Below, piece by piece: positions 12,001 through 29,203 of a stretch of DNA of 60,000 nucleotides (positions within the stretch are counted from its first letter, which is position 1; each line of letters starts with the position of its first letter). The DNA is taken from assembly GCF_036321535.1 (NCBI RefSeq), contig NC_087437.1, positions 51,400,001 to 51,460,000 of the forward strand. The letters are read 5' to 3'. The stretch is from Camelus dromedarius (taxonomy: Eukaryota). The notes under the pieces were generated by a model, which was given only the letters and a program-made list of their open reading frames with translations, had not been told where the DNA came from and ran no database searches. A program made the position numbers and the translations under genes.

Positions 12001-15000
12001 CATTATACACTGTGCTAAGTACCTTCATTTACATTATTTAATTCTCTCTTCAGATGTCCTTGTAAAATTGATATTAAAGTTCCTGTTTTTATAGAAGGGG
12101 AAACTGAGTGTCCAAGAAGTTGGTAATTTGTCCAACATTGGTCCCTACTATTAGGTGGTAGAGCTGGAATGTAAACTCCTGTGTACCTTACTCCATAGCC
12201 CCATTCTGCCTCCTACCCCCAGGCCTAGATGACTTCCACCTGTCCATCCACAGTGACATGGCCGCCATCGTAAAAGCCATGGCCTCCCCTGAATCCGGGC
12301 TGGAGGTCCGTGACCGCATGTGGCTCAAGATTACTATCCCCAACGCTTTCATCGGTGAGAGGATCCCATGGTGGGATGAAGGATGGGGTGGAGAGTGGTG
12401 GGGCAGGGCAGGCCAGAGGTCCAAGAACTCCCTTGGGCCACTCCTTTGAGCTGGAACCAGCCTCATAGTTTCTGTGAGGCCAGTTGAGCCCAAGTCATCT
12501 GGGCCTTCCAATAAAGTGGTGGCCTTGCTCTCAGGCTCAGATGTGGTGGACTGGCTGTACCACAACGTCGAAGGCTTCACTGACCGGCGAGAGGCCCGCA
12601 AGTATGCCAGCAACCTGCTGAAAGCCGGTTTCATCCGCCACACTGTCAACAAGATCACCTTCTCCGAGCAGTGCTACTACATCTTTGGCGACCTCTGTGG
12701 CAGTGCGTTCCTCTCCCACCTTGCCCTTTCTCCTGGCTGGGAGTGGGGAGGTACCTAGGGATGTGGCAGTGGACTCTAGGGAACCCAGATGGGGGGCAGC
12801 AGAGCTAGGGGAACCTCAAGACCTGAGAGTTCTGTGGTAGAAGCAGAGCCCAGTCCGGCCTCTTCACCTGGCGTGCCCCCCCCCCCCCCGCCTTGGGGCT
12901 GGCATTTTTCTGAGTGCCTGCTCTGTGCCTGGCACCATGCTGATGGTTTCTAAAGCATCATCTCACTCTCTCACTGAATCCTCACGACGTCCCCCACAAC
13001 CCTTGGGGAGATGGATTACTATGCTTATTTTCAGATGAGGAAACTGAGACTTGTAGAAGTAGTCCACCCCAGGTTTTGCACTAGAGGCAGAGGAGCTGGG
13101 CTTTGGATCTAGGACTTTCTGGCTCCAGAGCCGTTTTGTCTCCCACCGTCTGGGGCTGCCCTAGGTGTGTGATGCTGCAGAAACATTGTCTCAGCAAGGC
13201 CAGAGTTCCTAGCTTTGGCCCCTGTTCACCCTCCCAGCACCAAGTGGGTTCCACCAAGGCAGGACCTGGGGCTGGCCTGAGGCCCCAAGTCCACAGGGGT
13301 CTGAGGACCCCTGAGGGTGGGTTGAACCTTGGGATGAAGCTGGAGAAGCTATCAAGGCCAGGTTGTAGAGGACTTTGTAAGCTGTACCAAGGAGTTTGGA
13401 CTTGATCCTGAGAGAGTACAAAGCCAGTGAGGGTTAATTAAGTAGGAGAGGTCTGCAGAGAACCCCCTTCTCCTGAGCCTGTGGACAGCCCTTGGGAAGG
13501 TGAGTCCTCAAAACAGACAGGACAACAGTGCTCAGGAGCTGAAGCCCAGCCCCAACAGCCACCTCTGCATGAGGGAGCCTTCTCTCAGCCCAGTGGTAGA
13601 GTCCAAAAGCTAACTCTTAAAATGCTTCATATTAGGTTCTAGGGACTAGAAAGACTATTTCTGCAGAGCACAAGTCCCTGAGGGAAGGTGGGGTCCCTGG
13701 GCCTCAGCAGCTTTGGCATGGCCGCATACAGTAGTGATAGATACATAGGGTATGGAGTTAGACAGTTTTTAGTTCAAATTTTAGCTCCACCCTTACTGTG
13801 TGAATGTGAGGAAGTGACACAGCCTCTCAGTGCCTCATTATCTCTATCTGTAAGATGGAGGTATTAGTAAGAACCTGTCTCATAGAGAGCTGTTTTGAAG
13901 ATGATATAAGATAATGTATATAAAGCTTTTAGCACCATTTTTGGCCCATAGGAAGGGCTCTAAAAAATGTTGCCCATTTATAATACATTTAGTTGATTCT
14001 AAGATGAACATTTTTTTTTCACATTTCAGTATCTCTGAAATTGGAGTGTATCTTATAATCAGTGGCTTCTTAGACTCAATCTAATGTAGTTATTATCATT
14101 ATTAGCAGAAGTTGACCCTGGCCCCAAACCTTCAGGGGTACCTAAAGCTTCTCAGGATAGCTGTGACTTTTGCTCAAGAGACATTGTTCCATCCCAGGGG
14201 CCTTCTGGGTATTCTACCCTTGGACCAAGTCCACCAGAGGCCCAGCTCAGGGAGATGCTGACAGAACGGACCTTTTCCCTCTCACTGCCTGAGGTCTCCT
14301 CAGCTGGGAGTATGGCAGGCTCAAAGGGAGGAGCTGGGGACCTGGGTAGCCCCAGAAGCACACAGTCACTCCCCTTGGGACGACAGCCTGGCAGCTGTAA
14401 CCAGCTCTTTGGGCATGAACCAAGGCAGGCCCCTGCTTCCCATATACCACCCCTCATGCTAGCTGCTGGCCTTGACAGGTTGATAGTTTGGTTGGTAGAC
14501 TCCATAGGCTGCTGCAGTCCTCTCTCCTGGCCTCTTCTCCCCTGTAAGTTTGGGCCAGCTCCCTAAAGACCTTAGAACAAAGGGCTCAGTCTGTATCTGG
14601 CAGCTGGCTCCTAGAGCAATTACAGCTGTCTCAGAGCCTTGAGACCTGGTAAGATGGGGTGTGAGCAAGGGGTGTCCCGAGCAGTTCTTCCAGGTAGTTC
14701 CAGCACTGGTGGGAACCTATGCACAATTTATGGGGGGGAGCGAGAGTCATGAAAGAAGTAATGTTAATACAGTGACTCAAGTGCTGAGAAGAATCAGACC
14801 TGGCTGGGAATGGGGTGGAGAGCACAGAGAAGGCATCTAAGTTGTTCTGTTTCTGGACCCTTCCACCCCACTCCCACCCTCCCCAGCAGCACCATAAAAT
14901 TGATCTGGGCCAAGGGCCTTCTGTTTGGGGAGGCTCTGAAAAGCTGTATGTTTATTCTGACTTTTAATGGTTTTTTTTTTTTTAGTCCCAAGTGAGTAGG

Positions 15001-16418
15001 GAGGGCAAAATTTCACCTAAATTTCCCTAAACTGCTCCCTAGTCCTTAGTAATGATATCTAGAAAGTTAAGGAGAGAGAAAATAAGCACCTCTTCACTTC
15101 TGCTCTGGCTGTAGTTTGGGATGGTCATTTAACCTATCTGGACTTCACTTTCCTCATCTGGAAAAAATGTGACTAATACTTTCGTCATAGAGTTGTGGTA
15201 ACGTTTGCATAAGATGCATTGCAGGTATGCAGTACCTGGTGTTGTCTGGTATTTCAGCCTCCCACATTCCCTCCCTCCCTTTTACCCTCTAAGTGAACAG
15301 AGGAGAAAATTGCCAAATGCAAGTTTTGACCCTTCTTCCAGTCCACTGAGGAAGGAGGAGAAACTGCCAAAAGCTTGGTAGTGGGCCTCCAGGGAACTGG
15401 AATTTGGCCCTGAGCATCTGAAATGGTGACTCAGGGCCTTCCTGGGGATGATTTTCTTTGGGGCTGGCTCTTCAGGGACTCCCTCCCGCCACCTACCAGA
15501 GGTGGCGGGAGGGAGTCTGATGGAGTGAGAGGTCTCTGGCCTGGCCTCCTCCCGTTCCTGCAAGACACTGTCACTGCTGTCGCTGTCTTCCCAAACGCTC
15601 TCAACCACCTTAGGCTGAGGACATCTCTGCTGACCCAGCTTGTTCGCCCTCTCCTCCCCTCTACAGACATGGCCAACCTCTCCCTCCACGATCATGATGG
15701 CTCCAGCGGTGCCTCTGATCAGGACACACTGGCCCCTCTGCCGCATCCGGGGGCCGCCCCTTGGCCCATGGCTTTCCCTTACCAGTACCCGCCTCCCCCG
15801 CACCCCTACAACCCACACCCAGGTTTCCCGGAGCTGGGGTACAGCTATGGCGGGGGCAGCGCCAGCAGTCAGCACAGTGAAGGTAAGGCAGCGGGGGCCG
15901 TGGAGGGGGCCACAGGCGAGACCCATGCTTCTCTGCAAGCTCTTGAGTGTCCCCCACCCCATCCCTGCCTGTCCCCTACAGGCAGCCGAAGCAGTGGCTC
16001 CAACCGCAGCGGCAGCGACCGGCGGAAGGAGAAGGACGCGAAGGCCGGGGACTCGAAGTCCGGCGGCAGTGGCAGCGAGTCGGACCACACGACCCGCAGC
16101 AGTCTGCGGGGGCCGCGGGAGCGGGCACCCAGCGAGCGCTCGGGTCCTGCCGCCAGCGAGCACAGCCACCGCAGCCACCACTCGCTGGCCAGCAGCCTGC
16201 GCAGCCATCACACGCATCCGAGCTATGGCCCCCCTGGAGTGCCCCCTCTCTACGGCCCCCCCATGCTGATGATGCCCCCACCGCCCGCGGCCATGGGGCC
16301 CCCGGGAGCCCCTCCTGGCCGCGACCTGGCCTCCGTGCCCCCTGAACTGACCGCCAGCAGACAGTCCTTCCGCATGGCCATGGGAAACCCCAGTGAGTTC
16401 TTTGTGGATGTGATGTGA
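2797..16418 (+). CDS. DVL3: Dishevelled-3 (DIX-PDZ-DEP Wnt scaffold), complete, 716 aa; join(2797-2957,8344-8413,8938-9059,9180-9289,9480-9615,9791-9884,10098-10167,10777-10916,11078-11154,11270-11337,11491-11640,12223-12354,12535-12702,15667-15882,15982-16418)
   Basis: Hand-spliced GT-AG exons total 2151 nt with no frameshift. Starts [34 protein letters not shown] (DIX), contains [30 protein letters not shown] (PDZ) and [21 protein letters not shown] (DEP), ends [18 protein letters not shown]. The His-rich C-terminal region is typical of DVL3. Confidence 0.99.
5085..5310 (-). mobile_element. MIR SINE
   Basis: gatgaggaaactagagcacaga...aagtaacttacccagagtcacaca core. Confidence 0.85.
6390..6423. 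repeat. (GT)n microsatellite, interrupted
   Basis: gtgtgtgtgtttgtgtgtgt... directly visible. Confidence 0.9.
7380..7810 (+). mobile_element. Two tandem MIR SINEs
   Basis: ttggagtca...tgtgaccttggacaagt and gctttggagtcagg...tgctcaataaatg. Confidence 0.85.
10465..10690 (+). mobile_element. MIR SINE
   Basis: ggctctgccacttc...tctctgaacctcagtt...ctgtaaa core. Confidence 0.8.
11845..12195. mobile_element. Tail-to-tail MIR pair in DVL3 intron 11 (+ then -)
   Basis: gtttccccttgtaaaatggg...tcaataaa followed by atagaaggggaaactgag. Confidence 0.7.
12905..13135 (-). mobile_element. MIR SINE
   Basis: ttttcagatgaggaaactgag core. Confidence 0.8.
13730..13980 (+). mobile_element. MIR SINE
   Basis: tggagttagacag...cctctcagtgcctca...tctgtaagatgga. 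Confidence 0.75.
13984..14088. mobile_element. MITE / non-autonomous DNA transposon (MER104-like, TcMar)
   Basis: About 21-nt imperfect terminal inverted repeats: TACATTTAGTTGATTCTAAGA ... TCTTAGACTCAATCTAATGTA. Confidence 0.75.
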
Positions 16419-16560
16419 GCAGGGCCCCTCCCCCACTTCCATCCCACCCCGCCCTGGGCCGGCTGCGTCCCTCTCTCCGTCCGTCTTTTTTACTTTGGTA
16501 CCTGAAAGGGAAATAAACGGAACTAAATCCAGGCGCGCTAACTGCTCGCTGGGTGCAGCC
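15980..16560. promoter_or_regulatory. CpG-rich segment over the DVL3 last exon
   Basis: Dense CpGs across exon 15 and the start of the 3' UTR. Confidence 0.6.
16512..16517 (+). terminator. Candidate proximal poly(A) signal of DVL3
   Basis: AATAAA about 95 nt after the stop codon. Confidence 0.4.
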
Positions 16561-18682
16561 AGGGAGGGGTGCACTCACTGATCCCCACTGCAGCCCCTAA
16601 CCTGCCACCGGCCCCAGCTTGTCCCTCTGCCCACTAACCGCTGCGCAGGACTTCCTAGGATCCTTCATGTCCCAGCGACCCGACTTGCTGGTGCTGATCC
16701 TTACTCTTCTCCCTTCTATCTCCCTCTCCCTACAACATATACATACTTAAGGAATTGACCCCATCAGTGCCCTTGAGTGCCTGCAGACCCCTAAACCCCG
16801 CTTTCCCCTCCTCCCCTCACCCTCAGTTCCTTTTCACCATTCATTCCAGGTGCATCATCTGCATCATCCCTCTATTAACCCCATCGCCTCAGGCATGTGT
16901 GCCATCTCTTGACTTTTCCCCTTTCATACTGACACACAAAAAGACTTGTTTCATCTGACCCTACTCCTAACTGTCCCTGGCTTGCTGCCTCAGTCTTGAC
17001 CCCTAGAGGTGTAGTCTCCTCCAGTAACCATCCACATTAACCTTGCCTGTGTTGGGCCTTAGCAGAAGCCCAGGGGACCCCCTCAGTTGCCTGAGCTGCT
17101 AGTGGATTCCAGAGAACCTCTCTACTCTATGCCCATACCTCTCCCTCCCCTCCCATGCCTGCTTTGTGTGCTGGTTCCTTCAGACCCCTAACCTACTAAC
17201 CAGCAGGCTCATCTCACTTCTGAGCCTGAAACATTTCTTTTCTTTCTTTTTTCCTCCCCCAATTTTTCCTGGGCCTGGAGCAGCCAAGAATTTCGGGCTG
17301 TTCGACTTTCTGTGAGCCCCCCACTCTGCGAGGGGAGGCCCAGCCTCCGAGGAGACCAGGAGCCCTGCTTCAGCAGCCCCTCAGAACTTCCCAAGGATAT
17401 TCAGCCCCCACACCCCACAATCAACACATGTTGAGTCACTAGGCTTCTGGGGAGTGCTCCAGCCTCTGACCCATGTGTGAAAGACTCTCTTCCCCTTCCC
17501 CCCAGAGAGCTAACACACAGACTCTCTGTCTTCTACACACACACTACACACACACCTATGCAAGTTCACTTAAGTCTAAGGGCTGGTCCCTGACCAGAGG
17601 GCTGGACCCTCTCTCCCAGTCGTCTCCCAGGAGGTTGTGGGGCTGGTCCCCTGACTTCTCTCACTTTCCTCATAGCCCTCAAACCTTCCACACATGTCTT
17701 CCTATCTGGATAAAGCCCATAAGCTGGGTCTCAGGTTGGGCTTAGCACAGGATTTCCCCAGGCAACTGTTCTCATCCTGCCCCCCACCCCACACACCTTT
17801 CCCCATTTTCACAATCACCATGATAACCCAGAGTGAGGTTGGGCAGGGGGACTTCTGGGACTTCCAGACAGAATGCCAAGTTTTGTTTTTTATCTTATTC
17901 TCTCCTTTAAGCAGATCATGACTTTCTCTATAAGCCTCTTCTGTAAATTCTGGCTCACCTAGATTTCCATACTTTTAGGACTGGAGTGTCAAGAGTAAGA
18001 TGAAGTCTTAAGCTTCAGGCTTTGGGGCAAAGCAGGATAGGGGCATTTTGGCATTCATTGATTTAACAAATATTCCCTGGGGTTTTTGGTGCATGAGGTC
18101 TGTGTTAGAAGTGTAACTCAATCTTGCTTACCTTCTGGGAGTTCTAGGTTTGCTCCCAACCCAGACCATGGTTTCCTCTAGCCACCACTTTAGGGCTGCC
18201 TCCTGTACTTCTCTTCCTCCTCTGATTCTGCCGTATCTGACTCTCTTGAGGATTCCTCCACTATTGCTCATGCCTTCAGGGTCCCTGTATTCTATCTTTG
18301 GTCCACTTCTCTTTCCTCTCTCTTTACTCCCAAAATGGTGTCACCCACACTGATGTCTTCAACTGCCACTGATATATGCTGTGATTCCCAAATATATATC
18401 TCCAGCCCTAACTTCCCTCTATCTTTAGATCTGTATTTTTACCCACTGGACATCTCCATAGACATGTCCATATGGACTCAACTCATTTCCCCGACCAGGT
18501 ATGTTCCTCCTGCATTCCAATTCTGGTTACCTTCGCACTCTGCATAGGCTCACCAACTAGAAACATTCATGGGCTTAAATTCCTTCCCATATCTTACTAG
18601 TCAGTATATCATATCCATTCCACTCCAACAGTCTTTCTTAAGTTTGGCCCTTCCTCTCCCCTCTGCCTCTACTCTAGTTCAC

Positions 18683-18950
18683 AGGAGCATGGGATTTGGA
18701 GTCAGGTTGTTTTGGGTTTGAATCCCAGCTATACTTTTGGTCGCGTGATAGGAGAGTTATTTAACCTCTCTGAGCCTCAGTTTCCTCATATGTCAAAATG
18801 ACGATAATAATACCTACCTCACAGGGTTGTTGTGAGGATTAAAATTAGATATTGTACGAAAAGTGCCTAGCACAGTGCCTGGCACACAGTAGAATAGGTG
18901 CTCAATAAATGGTAGCTATTATTATTATTATTACCATCATCATTATTATT
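18683..18950 (+). mobile_element. Full-length MIR SINE, very close to consensus, in the probable DVL3 3' UTR; AATAAA at 18904-18909
   Basis: ttaacctctctgagcctcagtttcctcat...tacctacctcacagggttgttgtgaggattaaa...agcacagtgcctggcacacagta...gctcaataaatggtagctattatt. Confidence 0.95.
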
Positions 18951-19839
18951 GTTTACTCTAAATTAGTAGGGGTTTAGGGTGTGTATTGAGGACAAAGCTT
19001 TTGGAAAGGTGGGAGTGAAACCTTGAGTGCTGCTTCAAGGATTAGAAGTGCCTGCATTCAATCACTTAATAGCTTAAGGATGTAACCACAATTTGAGGGA
19101 AGCCAGATCTTCATCCTGCCATATTCTGGCTTCTAGCAGGAGGGTGCTAGGGACAGTAAGGTTTGCAAGTAGATTTGCCCTTTCTTCCCCTCTTCTTCCA
19201 TGGTGGGCTCAGCCCTGCCTAGAGAAGGCAGCAGGGTACTCTCCCTACAGAAAGGGAAGAGGCAACAGATTTTCTTTAGGTCCTGCAAGAGCCAGGCAGG
19301 CCTTTCATGTACCAGAGTTGGCTCTGTCTCCTCAGCTTGGATGTGAAGTTTAACTCTGTCATCAGAGAAGGACTTCAAATCCCATGTCCAGTTAAATTCA
19401 ACTTCCAAACAGTTTTCTAAGCAACATATATGCCTGTCACTAGAAGGTGCACAGGTCCTGGCCTTGAGGAGCTCATATTCACATAGGTATACTGAGTTAA
19501 AACAGACATATTCTTGAAAAGCTTTAGCTAGTTTCTTCTAAATATTTGCTTCCTCACTCCCTGCCCCCTACCTTAGGTCTTGATCTCTAGAAAAACTTTC
19601 ATGTCTGGAACAAATATATAATGCAAAAACTTGGGAGACTCAGAGGTGGTGTTACAAAGCAGAAAATTCAGCACAAACACTTCCACTGCCAAGTCGTACT
19701 TGTGTGTAAAGTGAGGACAACCAGTCCTCGGACTCCGGAGCCCTACAACAATCCAAAGCTTAACAGATGGGCTTCAACAAATGGCACTAATCCTCTGAGG
19801 CTCTCAGAAACACTGAAAGAGGAACAGGAGGGATTTCAG

Positions 19840-20560
19840 AGACTACAATTCCCAGAATGCTCAATCGGTAAGATGAAATGAGTGGAACAGCATATTCTGG
19901 GTTGTGTATTTCGGGAAGGGCTGGATAAAGCCACTCCTACCACCCCACGAGGCACTACTACCTATTCCTTCGAAAGTTCTCAAAGGCCGTCGGTAGTTGT
20001 AGTTTTGCTAAATCTAGGCAGCTTAAAAGTGTAAACGAGAAAGCCGAAGGGCCTGACGGGATTTGTAGTCCGCTCGGGAGGCGGACGCGCACGCGCAGCC
20101 CAGGCTGGGGCGGAGCCGCGGCACTGCAGTGAAAGCCGAGGCAGCGGGCAGGCGAGCAGGGGGCGGGCGGACATCTTGGGATCCGGAGAGTGGCTGGGCG
20201 GGCCGAGCAGAGGGCCGCGGACACCAGGTGAGCTCGGGATCTGGCCTTACAGGGTGAGGGAGGACGGCCTGCCCTGCTGCCCAGCTTTGCCCTCCCCTGC
20301 ACTGCTCTACGCGAAAAGCTGCCCACACCCAGGAGTGGCCTCAGCCTTCAGATCCGGGAGGGAGCTGACGGCGGGGCGGGGGCGCCCGGGGCGCGGTTGC
20401 AGGACGGGCGGGGAGCAGTGCCCTCCGCCTGACCCGCCCGGAGCCTCCCATGAGAGAAAGACCTACTGGAATCCTCCTAGAGCAGGGACGCCGCGCGGCT
20501 CCCCACTACCTGGGATCGTGACAACCCCCTACCCCTCGGCGCCTCCTCCTCTCGGGACAA
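19840..20560. promoter_or_regulatory. AP2M1 CpG-island promoter with ZNF143/THAP11-type ACTACAnnTCCC motifs
   Basis: ACTACAATTCCCAGAATGC at 19842-19860 (+); ACTACAAATCCCGTCAGGC at 20051-20069 (-); GC box GGGGCGGAG near 20107. Confidence 0.85.
20100..20227 (+). other. AP2M1: AP2M1 non-coding exon 1 (5' boundary approximate); splices to exon 2 acceptor at 22258
   Basis: Strong donor CCAG|gtgagc at 20227/20228 inside the CpG island; acceptor gtcctag|G at 22257/22258, 43 nt before the ATG. Confidence 0.7.
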
Positions 20561-20720
20561 GGACAATTCCCCCATCCCCTAGGACAGTGACACCCCCATG
20601 TGCCGCCTTCTTGGACTGTCACAAGCTCCCCACCCTGAGGCACCCCCTTGCAGTTGAGTAACACCCCGAGGCTCTTCTTCCTCAGACGGTGACAGTCCCC
20701 GCACCCTTTGGAACCATCTT

Positions 20721-20768
20721 TTCCCACGATGATGTCTTCCCTTCCCACGATGATGTCTTCCCTTCCCA
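20721..20768 (+). repeat. Perfect 21-nt tandem duplication in AP2M1 intron 1
   Basis: ttcccacgatgatgtcttccc twice plus a partial third unit. Confidence 0.9.
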
Positions 20769-22273
20769 GGGCGAGAAGCCCACCACCTCTTCATGCCTCT
20801 ACACCCGAACCCCAAAGCAGCCTCCGTCTCCCCAGCTTGCCCTTATTCACCACTGTCAATCTCTCCCTGCCATTTTTCCTCTTCAAAGCCTTGACCTTTT
20901 CCATATTGGAAATTCTTTCCTCCAGGCTCCCCCACCAGCCTTGTTACTGCTGTGGGCTCATCTGAGTATACTGCCTGGGTGTTGCTGCCAGTCTATCGCT
21001 TAACTAAATATTTCATTCCTGTCCTGGGCCCCACCTCTGCTTCTCTGGTGCCTGAGCTGCCTGCGCTGCCTGCGACTTGATACCTGTGAACTTGGTTCTT
21101 TACCTCCATTTTGCTCTTCCTCTCCCAGTCTCTTTGGGACTGAGGAATGGGATGTGTCCACTACTTTGAAAGACCTCTCACTCAGTCTGGGAGACCTTGA
21201 CAGCCACGGTAATAGCTTTTATTTTCTAGTTTAGAAAAGTCTGCTAAACTGCTCTCTGAAATTAACACCAGGGCTAATCCAGGGAATCTAGAACTAAATT
21301 AACCCTTTTCCTCCTTACAAACAGTCTAAATTAGTTTGACCCAAATAATTTGGATAATTCAGGCATTTTGCCTCTTACTTATAAGCACTCAGATCAGAAG
21401 TGAATTATATTGTGGGTCTGGAGTTACAGAATTTCAGCTGGAAGGATCTCTTAACTTTATGAACCTGCACACCTCCCTGCCCACCCCCCCCAAAAAGCCT
21501 ATATTTTTATTTAACTTAGGAGCTTAGAGGGAGCTTTCCTTTTCAAAAGGTGGTCAAAAATAACAGATAAGTAGCCTGGGTCATTGAAGTGACTGTCAGG
21601 GCTGGGGCCTTTCTACTTGATTCTTTTGCCTGTTTATCTGACTGCCTGGGAGAAGTTGGAGCCACACTCATGCGGCCATGTCAAGGCCTAAGGCCCTTCT
21701 CTCCTCCTCACACCCTGCACACCCTTTTCCTGGAATGTTTAGACTTCTGTGAATTAGAGAGCCGGAGGTTCAAGCTCTGCAGTCTTCTCAGAAGGGTAGT
21801 GGAGCCTGAGAGACTGGGTGCTTCTAAAGCTTTGCCTGGGGGCCCCAGGCCTGAACCAACTGGAGTAATTCCTACCGCCATTCCTGCAGCCACAGGCAGG
21901 CCTTCATAGTGACTCACCAGCTAGAGCCTGAGTGAGAGTCTGCACAGGAAGGGGCCTTGCTGAGCTCAGCATTGTGAAAGGGGGAGGGGGCTATTCTGGG
22001 CTCAGCCCCAGAAAAGGGAGGGTCAAAATGGCCTTAGAATCCTCGGCCTAAGTCCCTCTCCCTTTCTCCCTTCCAGCGTGGGATAAACAGGAACTGGAGA
22101 CTGGCTAAGGGGAGGGGCATGCCTGGGAAGGCTGCAGGGTCACTTGCTGGAGGGTTGAATCAGGAAACAAGCCCAGCCAGAGTGACCTGCACAGCCCCAC
22201 AGGGGACGTTGGCTGGGGTTCTGAAGCGTTCCCTTACCCTGCCCCCATCTGTCCTAGGTCTGTTCTTGGAGCG

Positions 22274-22291
22274 ATGGGCCGCGGAGACTGA
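22274..22291 (+). promoter_or_regulatory. uORF (MGRGD*) in the AP2M1 5' UTR
   Basis: gcgATGg GC CGC GGA GAC TGA within exon 2, ending 9 nt before the main ATG. Confidence 0.75.
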
Positions 22292-22300
22292 GCTGCCGCC

Positions 22301-28744
<6,444 letters not shown>

Positions 28745-29197
28745 CTGCCATTAGGCCTCCCCACCTACCCTCTTCCACAGGTCTGGGTGCCCTTGGCCAC
28801 CACACGTCAATGTCTCTTCCCTCTTGCTTTGCTGCCTTCCCTTTGCACCAGCCCCTGAGTCTAGGTCTGGACCAACCACATTGTGAGCGGGACTGGTGGA
28901 GCAGTCCCTGGGCTCCCTGGGCTCCCTGGGCAGGGCGGTTTCTGAGGCTCCTGTCCCTCCATCCATCTGCCTGCCCTGGCCCAATACCAGGCTCTGAGTT
29001 CTGTGACCAAAGCCATTTGGGCTCCTCTCCTCCCCTCCCCTGTGGCCACATCTCTCTGGAGTGGGAGGGTTGGCTGCCCCTCACCTCGGAGCTCCCCCAA
29101 AGGCCAGTAATGGATCCCCAGCCCTCAGTTCCTACTCTGCTTTGGGATAGTGTGAGCTTCGTTTTGTACACGTGTGACTTCGTCCAGTTATAAACCC

Positions 29198-29203
29198 AAT
29201 AAA
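29198..29203 (+). terminator. AP2M1 poly(A) signal
   Basis: AATAAA about 450 nt after the stop, TGTA upstream, GT-rich sequence downstream. Confidence 0.85.

Noticed and set aside
15282..16574. 430-aa antisense ORF over DVL3 exons 14-15
   Set aside because: Shadow of GC-rich coding sequence; no recognisable domain, promoter or splice structure.
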